A stretch of DNA of 63,844 nt, counting the filler, from Vannella sp. (taxonomy: Eukaryota): NCBI GenBank assembly GCA_023345925.1. It is 6 parts of 6 records of this genome, joined end to end, with 100 filler letters (N's around TTAATTAATTAA, not from the genome) between each part and the next. Parts side by side here need not be neighbours in the genome. Positions count along the whole stretch, not along the records: positions 34,309 to 60,304 come from JAJQQN010001022.1; 5 more parts are not named here. One strand, written 5' to 3'. The notes under the pieces were generated by a model. That model was not told where the DNA came from. It worked only from the letters and a program-made list of their open reading frames with translations, and ran no database searches. This document shows positions 46,390 through 57,900 of this stretch, in pieces; within the stretch, counting starts at the first letter, position 1; every line of letters begins with the position of its first letter. The position numbers were made by a program, and so were the translations under genes.

Positions 46390-47378
46390 ATGAGGTGCTC
46401 CCGAAGGCGGAGATTTCCTTTTGATACACTCTCGGATTCCGGGCGCGTTCATTCGAATGAGTCTCCGGCAGAAGAGAACGACGAATACGACCATTTGTTT
46501 GCTTCCATCGAAGAGGAAGAGCTCCACAACCTGCCTTCGGATACAGAAACAGCTCTTCTCATTCTGAGGGAGCAGTGCTCGTACTCTCCACCCATTCTAT
46601 TAAGGAGCCTCCTCTACTACCTGCTGAAGGATCTGACCACACTGAATCGAGACCTCCGACTCCTTCAATACGAAGGGAAGATTCACGAGTTCCAGCTGCC
46701 CTTCTCCACAGAAACGTTCTACATTTTCGTGGATGATCTGCGAGCAGAATTAGCCGCTACCAAGATTTCTCTTGAAACTTTACCCGGAAAGAACCTTCCC
46801 AACGCTTCAACACTCCGCCCCTCGAAGCGTGACTTCTCCTGTCTAGGTGGGTTTCTTTTGGTCTCAGTTATGAATGAGATGATTGACCTTCATTCAGAGC
46901 TCTTCTCTAAGAATGTCGTTTCCGTTTACATTGGCCAAACAATCACTTTGCAGTTGCTTCTTGAGCTGATGTATCCCAATTCCTCGTCCACTAAGGGAGC
47001 AAATGATATCGTGTACGTCTTAACTGGACTCCATCAAGTGAATTAATGGAGTTGGTTGGTCTCACTTGCAGGGCATTGATGGAATGTGGAGTTCTCACAC
47101 TTTTAGGAGAAGGCAAGGCTCGCTCCCAAGGCTATCAATTGGGGTGCCCTAGAGGCGAGAAAGTCCTCTCACAAGTGCGTGAAGGTCGAAAAGAAATTAT
47201 TCAAATTCTCTCCCGATGTCGCTTCCAACAACAGTTTGTCGAAAAACTCGAAAAGCAAGTGCTTAGGAAAAGCACATTTCCTGTTTCGTTTCATCTCAAA
47301 GACCTTCTCGGCGGTGGACACATCGAATCCCAGCAAGTCACTTCGGGCATGGTCGTGAGATTGATTAGAAAACAATAA
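46390..47378 (+). CDS. STK19: STK19 homologue (tandem winged-helix DNA-repair factor), multi-exon
   Basis: PSDTETAL, PPILLRSLLY..L.D.T.LNRDL..L...G.I, LMECGVLT, GRKEIIQIL and FHLKDLLGGG..TSG.VVRL. Confidence 0.8.
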
Positions 47379-47504
47379 AGGAATCTTTGGTCCAATGCTG
47401 AATTGGTTTCTCATTATTGGTGTATTATTACCAATAATGATAAACCAACTTTTTGGTAAACCGCCAACCAGATTTTCCTTAACCATTCTGTGGACAAACT
47501 GGAG

Positions 47505-48771
47505 ATGGAAGTGCGGCTGGGTTTGTTCGACACGGTGGGGAAGCTGCCTTCTTCGACGACTTGGTGTCTGTTTGCTGGTTCCTTTGTATTGGTGACACTA
47601 TTCGTGTTGGCAGTGAGGAGGATGTCGGCGAGTAGGTTAGCGGGGCATCCTCTTCTCTCTTCAATCGTGGAAAGAGGAACTCGACCCCTTTTTGCCGTTG
47701 CATCCTCTGCTTTCCTGTCCAGTAGGGTTTTCTCCCTCTCTCCCCTGGTTGATGAGATACTCCAAGTGGGGTTCCTGTTTACCTTAGCCTGGAGGGTGGC
47801 ATTCTCCCTCGACCTTGCGCTAAGCTTCACCATCGACAACGCCTTGAACTACGTAGAAGCTCCCCAACGTCGCAATAGCCTCGAATATGTGCGTAGCGCA
47901 CTTCACTATGCCATCTGGGCGGTGTGCGGACTCCTTGTGCTCGATAACTGCGGCTTAAACTTGACTGCGGTGACTGCTGGGGTCAGTATCGGTGGTTTGG
48001 CGGTCGGTTTGGCAGCACAGAGTGTTCTTGTAGACCTGATTGCCAGCTTGGCACTCTTTCTTGATCGCCCTCTCTCCCCAGGTGATCGTATCAAAGTCCT
48101 GCAGATCACTGGCACTGTTGAGCGGATTGGATTCAAGACTACGCAGCTTTTAGGACTCAAAGGAGAGGCAATCCTTGTCCGAAACAGCGTTCTCACTAGC
48201 TCAGTCATCACAAACGCTTCTCAAGCCACTTTCTTGGAGATAGTCACCGTTTTGGAGCTCGACCTTGACACTCCCTTGGATGTGCTACTTGAATGGAACA
48301 GCAAATCAACAGCTTCTATCCTTGATATAGATTTAGTGACACAAGCTCACATTCATGTCCGGGAAATAACGCATTTCGCTTTATGTGTTGAAGTGAGAAT
48401 CCTACTTGAGTCTGCCGGGTGCTCAGGAACCCGATTTCGGATGATAAGAGGGCTTGTGAATAGCAAGTAAGGTGCCAAAATTGTTGCTTATTCTGTTCTG
48501 ACCTTTCTTAGACTGAATGAGCTTCGCAGACAACTGAGAATGGAGATGGCTCTCCCCCAAGAAGTACAAATGGTCCGAAGCTACTACGAACGGCTTGGGA
48601 TCGACTTCGAGGCGCTCCAAAGAATCAAGATCATCAGGTGACCAATCCAAACGTTTTTCTTTTTCAATACTGAAGTGCATTATCTGTACAATCTCCGGGT
48701 CCGGGAGAAATGCCAATAAGAATCGGGCTTTTGATTCAGAGCAAAGAAAAGGGAGGAAATATACATTGTGA
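47505..48771 (+). CDS. MscS-family mechanosensitive channel, both ends approximate
   Basis: AGVSIGGLAVGLAAQSVL.DLIAS...DRPLSPGDRI..GTVERIGFKTT...G....VRNS. A GTAAGG intron near 48467 extends the frame to TGA at about 48771. Confidence 0.85.
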
Positions 48772-48781
48772 GGATTCAGCC

Positions 48782-51700
48782 TCATAAAACAGTTCGTTGT
48801 GTGGTTGAGTGGCGTTTCCGTCGAATAGCAAAAGCGAGGACAAACACAACACAACAACACACAGCGAAGTAAAAGATGACGTATCCTTCAAATACATTTG
48901 CTAGGAAGGGAATGATTAGTCCTGGTGGACACTAGAACTGCCGGACTATCGAATACCTACCTTTTAGCAGATTGGATATCGAGTTAGGAGCTGGAGAGCG
49001 TCGGACAGACCTCTCATGAGGTAAATAGACCAAAGGCTATCGAATACGATTGAGATGGGCGCGATACGTTCTACTAGAGACGTACCTGCCATACCACGTC
49101 GATCGGATTACCTCGGAGGTTCACTGGATCTCGAAATAATTGAAAGCTGCACTGAATTGGGCCTGATGGAAGGCGAGTGAACCCCTCTGAGGACTCATCA
49201 GGAGCCAATCGTTGGGGAATAAGTTGAGGAAGAGGTAATTGGTGGACTGCAACCTCCAATGACAACCTTTGAAGGGGAGTTGGAAAAGTCAGTGAGTTGG
49301 TGTACTCCAAGAGGTCTCTAATCAGCCATAAACAGTCTGCTCCTTTGGAGGTACTATCAAAACAACTAGAGTCCCCCATAATGGCAATCCGTCCTCCATC
49401 AGGGTTGGCAAGATTAGCGGTGCTGTGCAAACCAATGACTGCCACCTCCTTCTCCTGGTGAATAGAGTGCAGAATCTGTGCCGCCTGATCCTTCAGTGTT
49501 GCCATTATGACTTGACTGTCCTTAGGAAACTCAATAATCGAGGTGCCAGAAGTATATCGAGAGGTGTGCCCCTTCAAAGTGAATTCACCAGAGTACACTC
49601 CATTCCCCAAACGAATATCGTAGGGCTGGAGTAACTCATTGAGCGCTGGAAGATTGGCCCCTCTAACGCCACTCGTTAGTTGAATTCAGAAGAATGGAAG
49701 AAAGACCCACCCTGTGGCTGGAGTCCAAGTCTTCTCCGTATTTTCATCAAAGAAAGCGTTTTTCCGAATAATTTCGATGTTGTACCAATCAGCTAGAATG
49801 ATGACAGACAACCCTTCTCCAATATCTTCAAACAGTTTCTCTCTCTCTTCCTGAGCAAAGTTCTCTTCTGCATCAGCGATGATCAAAGTGCCGTAGAGAG
49901 AGGCATCGAAGCAAAGAAAGGGATCTCCAAGGATATCCACATAGTAGCCGAGCTCTCGCATAGCTGAGTAGAGCTCTCGGAAATTAGTGTGCAAGTGATC
50001 CCCATTCCAATCAAAAGGCGCAGAATCTCCCAGATTGTCATTGGGGAAGAAGCCAAGGGGGTAGGAGAGGCTGTGGAACTGGTCCCAAAGAATTCTCCGC
50101 GAACGTGGAGGGGTCGGGATGATATCAACCCTCAAGGGAAGCTCAATAAGCGTGACTCGGTCCACTGATTCTCCATATCGTGGAGGAGAGCGGACTTCGA
50201 TTTGGATGACCCCCTCTGCGATGCCTCTGAAGTGAGAAGCTTCCTCTATGACCTGCATGTAGATTGCTAAGAATCCAGTCCAAGGCCAAAGTACTTCTGA
50301 GTGTGCAAAGCTAAGCTCCAGGAATTGGCCAAACTGGCCAGCTTTCCATTCTATCTTGCCCACTGATCCAGTTACCCCCATTCCATTGAGGATGGTTGCA
50401 TTGAAAACTATCGGTCTGCCTGAATAGAACAAGGGCTGGGTACAGAATGGCCACATGTAAGGGCAATCCGTCAAATCTAATGCAGCTGGGATGACGGAAG
50501 CTCTTGGAGTGTACATCCTGAGGGCTTCATAAGCCCCCACCATATTGATCTTTCCAAACCCTTGCTCGTAGATCCCCGTGTTGTGAAGGAGTTCGCCAGT
50601 TTCTACCAGCACTTGCTTGATACTGGCAGGGTTGACCAACTGGTTCCAGCTCTCGTCAGAAAGTCCAGTAAATAAAGCGATCCCACTCACATTAGCCCGT
50701 TTGGACTCAGGAACGGAGCTGACTAGCAAAGTCACAGCGCCAGCGACAACTGGGGATGCCACGCTGGTTCCACTCATTGTACTGCATCCATCGTAGAAAC
50801 GGGAGCCCGTGACTGACTTGCCATATCCCAATATGTCTGGCTTCACCCTTCCATATCCCGCAGGAAGCTCCCAAGTTGTCATTCCACGAGAGGAGAAAGA
50901 AGCGAGCCGATCATTAAAGTCGATTCCACCAACCCCCAAGACATCCATCATATCAGCAGGATTATTGAGCGTCCTACACTGCCATGTCAGCTACCACACA
51001 AAGCGTGAAACCTCCATTACCCAAAGTCAGGACCGTCATTGCCAATGGCAGATACCACAACCACGCCATTCGCACTGAGCTCCCAAACCTTCTCTACAAA
51101 GGGCTCGTCACACCAATCAGGCCCTCCAATGCTGAGATTGAGCACATCAATGCCTCGATGAATGGCATAATTGAACGCATCCAGGAACCAGGAAGTATAA
51201 GAGACTATCAAGACGTTACTGTGAATCCCCAGAACCGTGAAAGAACAAACCTTGGGCATTCGTGAAGACACGAAAGATGAACAAGTCCGCGTCGGGAGCA
51301 AAACCTGGGCACATGGGGTCCATTCCCGCCACTAAGCCAGCGACGAATGTTCCATGACCAACATAGTCCTCCAGAGTACCTTCATCTGTCCAATCCGTAC
51401 GCTCCTTTACACTCTGGAAGTGAGGGTGATCATTGGAGAGTCCAGTATCAAAGATAGCGACTCGCACTCCCTCTCCAGTGATGCCTTTGTCCCAAAAGAA
51501 CTCTGCATTAAGCATGTGAGTCACACTAGGAGCTGAATGAAGCCTCCTTTGGCCAGCAGAGCCCGATTCCGAGTAGATCTTTCCCATGTTTCTATGGAGA
51601 GTCAGATACAGCGCTTCAGGCTGATACAAGACCTACTTTCCACTCTTCCAAGACCGCTGGGGAGCAGTAACATTGGCCCCACACGTACGAGAAGGCGTGG

Positions 51701-52146
51701 GAGCAAATGAGGAGTCCACTGGGACCATGTTACCTCGTAGCTGCAAAGGAGAGCGACTATATCTCTTTTGGGGATGAACATGCTTGATCTTGTCGCTGTT
51801 GTGGAGAAGGGAGAGGAGATCAGCCTCCGTCTCTGAGTTGAATCGAACCACAACAAAGTCGGATGGCATTTGAGCTACTACAAGGCTTCGAGGGGCAAGT
51901 GTCCAACGAAGTCGTTCCTCTTGAGCTCCCAGAATGCCTTCCAGATAACCAAAGTGGCTCTCCGCAGGGACAAACGAGGGCAAACTCACGATATACTCTA
52001 TCCCCGTCAAAGAGTCAGCCCTGCTTCCTCCTCTCAGCTTCTTACTCACCATTAGGAACCACTTTCACCCCCCTTTCACCATCCAAGGCCACCACACCCC
52101 ACACAAGCCCCACCACAACCCAAAGGACAGCCCACAGGGGACTCAT
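48782..52146 (-). CDS. MBTPS1: Site-1 protease (subtilisin/kexin isozyme-1), multi-exon
   Basis: Signal peptide, then [68 protein letters not shown] and FDWNGDH. C-terminal TM helix with a basic tail. Confidence 0.96.
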
Positions 52147-52185
52147 CCCTCGTCAGACAGCCAATAAATGATTAGAAACACCCTT

Positions 52186-52905
52186 TCAAGAGCAAGTCCT
52201 CGTTGTAGTGCAGACGCCGCCAACACAAACCCGCTTCTCTTCACAGCGCGGTCCAGAAGTGGAACTGAACCAGTTTGATGGTTGCTTCGCCAAGCCTTGC
52301 ATAGCTGCTGCTGCCAACTGGCTAAAGAGAGCGCTAGCGAAGGTCCTGTCCTGGTTTGGGGCGGACGCTCCTTGCGAGGTTTGGCTCCTTCGTCCTGAGT
52401 GAGAACTGGAGCGTGTGAACCATTGATTGAATAGATGACTCGCATCAAAGGTCTGCTCGGAGGACCTGAGGGATGTGAGTACCCTCTGATGGAGAGCGAC
52501 GGAGGAAGGTTACCATCCAGCTCCTGGGCCTGCTCCTCTGGCTCGGGAACCCATACGATCATAGCTTTCTCGCTTGTTTGGGTTGCTGAGGATGTCATTC
52601 GCATCCACTAGCTCGCGGTACTTGGCCTCATCACCCGTCTCTGCGTTATCAGGACTGAACAAAGGTGTTAGAAGGTGTCAAGAGGGCGGTCAACGACGCA
52701 CTGATACATCTTGGCTAACGAACGGAACTGCTTCTTGATCTGAGCCTCCGAGGCATCCGTAGGAAGACCCATTACTGATTCTTTCAGCTTCATGCCGTTC
52801 CTCGAACCTCACAGAGCACCCACCTTTGTACGGCGATCGAGCAGTTTGGCATAGCACAAGACAAAGGAGTGACAGAACCACCCAAAGGCAAAGGGACCTT
52901 CTCAT
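52186..52905 (-). CDS. ER-type DnaJ co-chaperone (ERdj4/DNAJB9-like), 4 exons, not visible in the ORF track
   Basis: Spliced signal peptide MRRSLCLWVVLSLLCLVLC, then SPYK|VMGL..DASEAQIKKQFRSLAKMYH|PD..ILSNPNKRESYD. C-terminus CEEKRVCVGGVCTTTRTCS*. Confidence 0.88.
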
Positions 52906-53027
52906 GGTCTCGAGGGCGGACAGAGGAATGGTCCTTCGTGGCACACTGTGATAGGTCCTCCCAACAAACCATGTCTGAATGATCCTTTGATGGCCTCTCC
53001 CCCGCCTTCAGGAACTTGGAAGGCGAT

Positions 53028-54045
53028 TTAGGTGAGGAAAGAAGGCGCCGAGTCGGAGATGATGACTTGGTTTTGGGCTGAGAGCGCTTTCAACCACTTG
53101 GGCCACACGAAAGCAGCGCGTAAGGTCTCTTCGTCGATGGCAAGAGGGACATTGTTGCCGGTGGAGGATGGAGAGGCTCCGGTTTCGTGAGTGGCGTCCA
53201 CTCTCTCTTCGATCAGCTGTTCGATGCTCTCTCCCTTGAAAATAGAAGTCAAATCCACATCCTGGGAACCCATAACGAAGGAGTAGTGGTCGAAGAACGC
53301 GGGGCAATGAGCATGGTACATGCGAGAGCTCTTGAAGACCTGTTTGAAGGTGTTCACCACTGGCAAGCACACTTCTTCAGCTGTAAAGAGACCAGCAGGG
53401 CCCGCTTGAGTCACGAAGATACCTCCTGGAGCGAGCTTGGTAGCCACTACCGTCATGTCAGCTTTAAACAACCGTGAAGGAGGTCATCTTACCCATGGTG
53501 TAGAATTCTTGCGTGTATAACATGAAGCACGGGTTGTCCTCCACAGGATCAGCAAGATCAGCGATGATCACGTCCCAAAGCTCCGAAGTCTTCTCTAAAT
53601 AAGCCTTCGCACAGCCGATCAAAAGCTCAAAACGTGGGTTCTCCCAAGCGCCTTTGTGATACGTGCTAAGGTGGGTCTTGGAGGCATTGACGACGACTTC
53701 ATCAATGTCTACCATCACACAGCGCTCCACTGGCTTGAATCGCAACACCTCGCGAGCGGTTCCTCCTTCGCCTCCGCCAAGAATCAGAACCTTCTTGGGG
53801 TTCTGGTGAGCTAGAAGACAAGGATACACTAAGTTCTCATGATAAATGAACTCGTCCGACGTGCTAGACTGCATCTTCTCGTCCAATAGAAGAGTTCTTC
53901 CAAAGGTCTCCAGATCAACAACATTCACCCGCTGGAACTCAGACTGACCACTGTAGAAGATCTCCTTGACACCATAAGAACCCACCACACCAGGAACGAT
54001 CAACTCGCAGATCGTCAGTCCCATGCGCATCGTCTCCTCCGCCAT
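53028..54045 (-). CDS. Aminopropyltransferase of the thermospermine synthase (ACL5-like) type, 2 exons
   Basis: KMQS..DEFIYHE, GGGEG..ARE, DLADPVEDNPCFMLYTQEFY and GIFVTQAGPAGLFT..EV. Confidence 0.85.
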
Positions 54046-54167
54046 CGCGATCAAGAAAAGGTCCAAAAGGCGACCAATTCGCGCGAATAAATCTGCTCAA
54101 CCAATCAATCAAACAAACCAGAAAGTTTGCTGAAAGAGACCAGTCTTATCCGGCTCCTCCCGACGTC

Positions 54168-54789
54168 ATGTTGATGTCGATGTCTGCCATTCTCTGTTTG
54201 CTTCTTGTCGCCTTCTCCTGCGCACAAACGGTCCCTTGCCCTGCGTCTAGCTCTCGCAGTGCTTGTACGGATTCTTCGAAGATCCTGAAGCTCAATGACT
54301 GGACTGAAGTGACCGCTACGGCTGTGAGCGCTTGCTTTAAGGCCAGCTACTCCACGGATGACGCCAGCAAGGTGTTCATCTTCTCTCTCCGTCCTGCTGA
54401 TAAGGTTGATTCCTCAGCAGTCACTGCCTCTGCCTGGACGAACGGAGGGATCACCCCCTTCGCTTGTCTAGCTCAGTAGCACCCAAACCTCGAACGATGA
54501 CTCTGTCTTTACTTGCGAGAGTGCCACCGGTCTCTCATTAGACAGCTCCTTCTTTGTGACTGTCACCACCAAAGGCGCCGACATCAACGTGGAGATCATC
54601 GCCGGATTCGCAGAGGGAACCGAAAGTGACTGCTCTGCTTCTTTCATCTCCTCTGCCGCTTCAGGCAGCTCCTGGTGGATTGCCATCATCGTCATCATCG
54701 CAATTGTTGTGGTCACACTCATCATCGCCACCATTGCAGGCGCCCTTTACGTGAAGAAGATGAGGGCCTACGAACAGTTCGACGCCTAA
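54168..54789 (+). CDS. Small Cys-containing type I membrane protein
   Basis: Signal peptide, Cys/Ser/Thr-rich ectodomain, TM segment WWIAIIVIIAIVVVTLIIATIAGALYV and a short tail with YEQF. The frame change near 54471 needs a 3n+1 intron (e.g. 54405-54471) or a 1-nt indel. Confidence 0.75.
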
Positions 54790-54932
54790 AATATCCGAAA
54801 AGTAATAACCATGCAGAAACGAATAAAAAGGTGGACAATCAAAGAAATTGCCCGAGAAAAGGCGTATTCTCCGAAACGAAAATATTTTGGGCATTTTCGT
54901 GTCGTTCTTCGAACCAAACCAACACCCTGGTG

Positions 54933-57900
54933 ATGACACCAGAGAGGCCAAAGTCCTATGTCCCTCCCCCTGCTGCGGGATCAAGGAGGGCTAAGCGATG
55001 GAGTAAGAAGGAGAAGGATAAGGAGAAGACAGACGCTCCGCCCACGAGATTGCAACTGGGCCGCTCTGCCTCGACCGAGCGGCCTATGGTTGCCACCATT
55101 TATCGTGGGTATGATGACCTTTCTATCCTGAGCTCTACCACGGAAGGAGACGTCTCAATACCCACTTACACTTCCTCTGCCAACTGGTGGGAGCCTGTTG
55201 ATGTGGAAGGGGCTACAACTCGCCAAGCCCTCATCCCTAAGCGCCCCATCGAGCCAGACCACCTCTCATCTCTCAGTGTCCACGAGATCTTTTGGAATGG
55301 TCCTCCCACTCGACGCCACGGTGAGCCACGAGGGTTCCTTCACTTCTCGGTTGGCCAGGCCATCCAGTCTGACGGGAAGCCAAAGGGCTTCCTGTCTTTC
55401 CTTGACGAATCCCAAAGCGTTCACCTCACTCAGGGACATGCTACTCGTCTTAAAGGACCTCAAACCGACCCGACTCCACGCCGTACTCGGAGCATCTTCT
55501 ACTTCTTCGAGCAACTCAGCGATCGTCGTCGCCAGAAACGTCTGGGAGCGACTGGAGCTGTCTCGTCCATGCAGTTCTCTGAAAGCGACTTTGATCTCCC
55601 TCCTTCACGCCTCCCTTCGTCACCACCGGCCTCCCCCGCCCCGTTTGATCTCTCTCAGTTGGCTCGCCTCGGCGGCATTCTCCCTGACTTCTTACCAGAA
55701 TGTCCAACGTCACCCAAGAGCCTCCTTCTCTCAGAAGGCGGAGAGAACAAGACAGAGAAAGACTCCTTGGAGGAAGGTCTAAGAACGAGTCACCCTCGCA
55801 TGGGAGCGCCCTATCCACCCAACAACGTCACTCTCAAGGAGGATGACAACTCGTACCCCCCTTTGGTGAGCCCTTTCTATGAGCCGGCCAAGAATGAACC
55901 GGTTGGACTCGGGAGAGACTGGAACTCGGAGTTCCAGTTCCTTTTAGAGAACCTTTTCGAAGACGAGTCAACGATTCATCAGATGCGAGACCTCTGTCGA
56001 TGCTTTGCAGAGGTTGCGAAGACAATTGGGACGATTATCATCTCGGAGCTCTTCTTGCCCCTGGACCAGCGCAAGATCCCTCCCATAACCAACTCTATTG
56101 GAGGGATTGCTGGGGGAGAGAAGTATGTTTTCGAGCCTGAGCGAATCTTCTTCAAGTTTGCTGTGGACGAGCGCGGACTCTACGGTGGAACAGAATACAT
56201 TATGAAAGCTGCTGGACATGAACTCAAGGCACTCATGGAACTGATGGATTGTCGTGTGGAAGGTGTCCACTTTCCATTGATGGTGTTAGTCGATTATCGA
56301 GGATATCGTCTGATTGCTATGCCACTGTTGCCGGTTGGACCGGACACTCTGGTGTACGGTTCTTCGAATGGAGGCGGCCATATATCGACAGCGTCACCAG
56401 AGATGAACGTTCGAATGCAATTGATTGCCTCCATTCTTAATCTTGCTCCTCACACGATGTGGAACTTGGAACACACAAAGCGAGTGACTCTGCATGGTCC
56501 TGTTGACATTGAAGGTCACCTTGGCAGAGATAACCGATTCTATATTCTTGATGCAGCACGGCTATTCCCTCCTGCAATACCCGTCGCTGGGCTACGAGGC
56601 AGTCACTTATATCGCTTACTTCGTCCAGAGTTTGTCAAGAACAATCCTGTGCCACTTTGCTCTGATGCCTACAGCACGTGGGAGATTGAAGAGATTGTTT
56701 CGCTCAATAATGATATCGCTGAGGCCACACGGCGCCTGGAGGGCGAAGTAGTTCCTCAGTTCTCAGCACGGCTTGAAGCTGTATTTGAGGAGCGCCAGGT
56801 TGATATTTATGATCTTGAAGAGTACAAAATCTTAGTCCGGACAATGCACCGACATGGAATCAATCTTCGGCTTTTAGGACTTGTCAGGCAACACACAACA
56901 ACCGAAGATTTACAAAAACTCCTCTTAACAGAGATTGCAGCGCGCGTTGCAAGCAAGATTCTGGCAGGGCGAATGAGACAACTTCGCACTTCAGATGACT
57001 TGTGCTTCAGGAGGCTGATAGCAGAGTTCTTCAACCTCCTTTTCGGATCTGGAGTCGACGCGAATGACTACTGGCGCTTTACGATCAAAAACAGCCTTCT
57101 CAAGCGGTTCAGTCATGCTCTTTTTGAGGAGGAACGGAACCGATTGTATGATCTAAGAGAGTCTATAAGTATGACCGCCTTGTTTGGTAGGATGCAGGAG
57201 ATATGTGGATTGCGGTTCAGCGAGGACGCGCAGGACGCTGTGGCTGAGTTCGATCCAGACATGGATGACTTCACAGACCTCGATGAAGGTGGTTCGAAGC
57301 CGATTTCTACATGCGACATTTTGGAAATGTACGCAGTGGAGCGCTCGATTCACCAAATTGACTTTGCTGAGGGAACTATCCTTTCTCGCCGCGCTACTCA
57401 TGCTGAAGAGGGAGCAGAGGAACTCTTTGCTCTTGCTGATGAGCGTTTCCAGTCCACTCTGAACCGGAAACCCGACGACTTCCGTGCTCTTCACAATTGG
57501 GCCTTATCTCTCCTTTATAGAGCAAACCGTAAACAGGGCAACGATGCGGAGAACCTCTACGAGACAGCAATTGCTCGCATCTCTTCTGCTCTTGTCCTGA
57601 ACGAATCTGACCCTACAGCGTACTTGATATGGGGAAATATCTGTTCTGAACGCGCATTGAGGAACCAAGATCCAGCACAAAGCTACCAGATATTCAAAGA
57701 GGCGACTGACAAATACGCCCTCTCTTTTGAGGGCGAGTCTGATTCATTTGAACTATTGTATAACTGGGGTAATGTCCTCCTCCACATGAGTAAGCTGGCT
57801 CCAATCAGCGAGCAAAAGACGTACCTTTTAGAAGCCTGTGCACGCTATCAGTTGGCAGTCAAGACACAATTTGAAGGGCAGAACAAGGCTCTGAGGAACT

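Noticed and set aside
9810..47378. Apparent cluster of genome-maintenance genes (NDC80, TEL2, p31comet, REV3, STK19)
   Set aside because: They lie on four separate contigs and are interspersed with unrelated genes.
52143..52944. ORFs 52143-52604 and 52690-52944 as the N-terminus of site-1 protease
   Set aside because: Splicing shows a separate DnaJ gene there. S1P has its own ATG and signal peptide at 52146.
54405..54480. Apparent +1 frameshift in the small membrane protein gene
   Set aside because: A GT-AG intron of 3n+1 length (54405-54471 or 54420-54471) or a 1-nt assembly indel explains it. No slippery site is seen.
54675..54932. His-rich N-terminal extension (HHRHHRN..) of the 1640-aa ORF
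   Set aside because: It is an alternative-frame reading of the upstream gene's TM-coding exon plus intergenic DNA. The likely start is ATG 54933.
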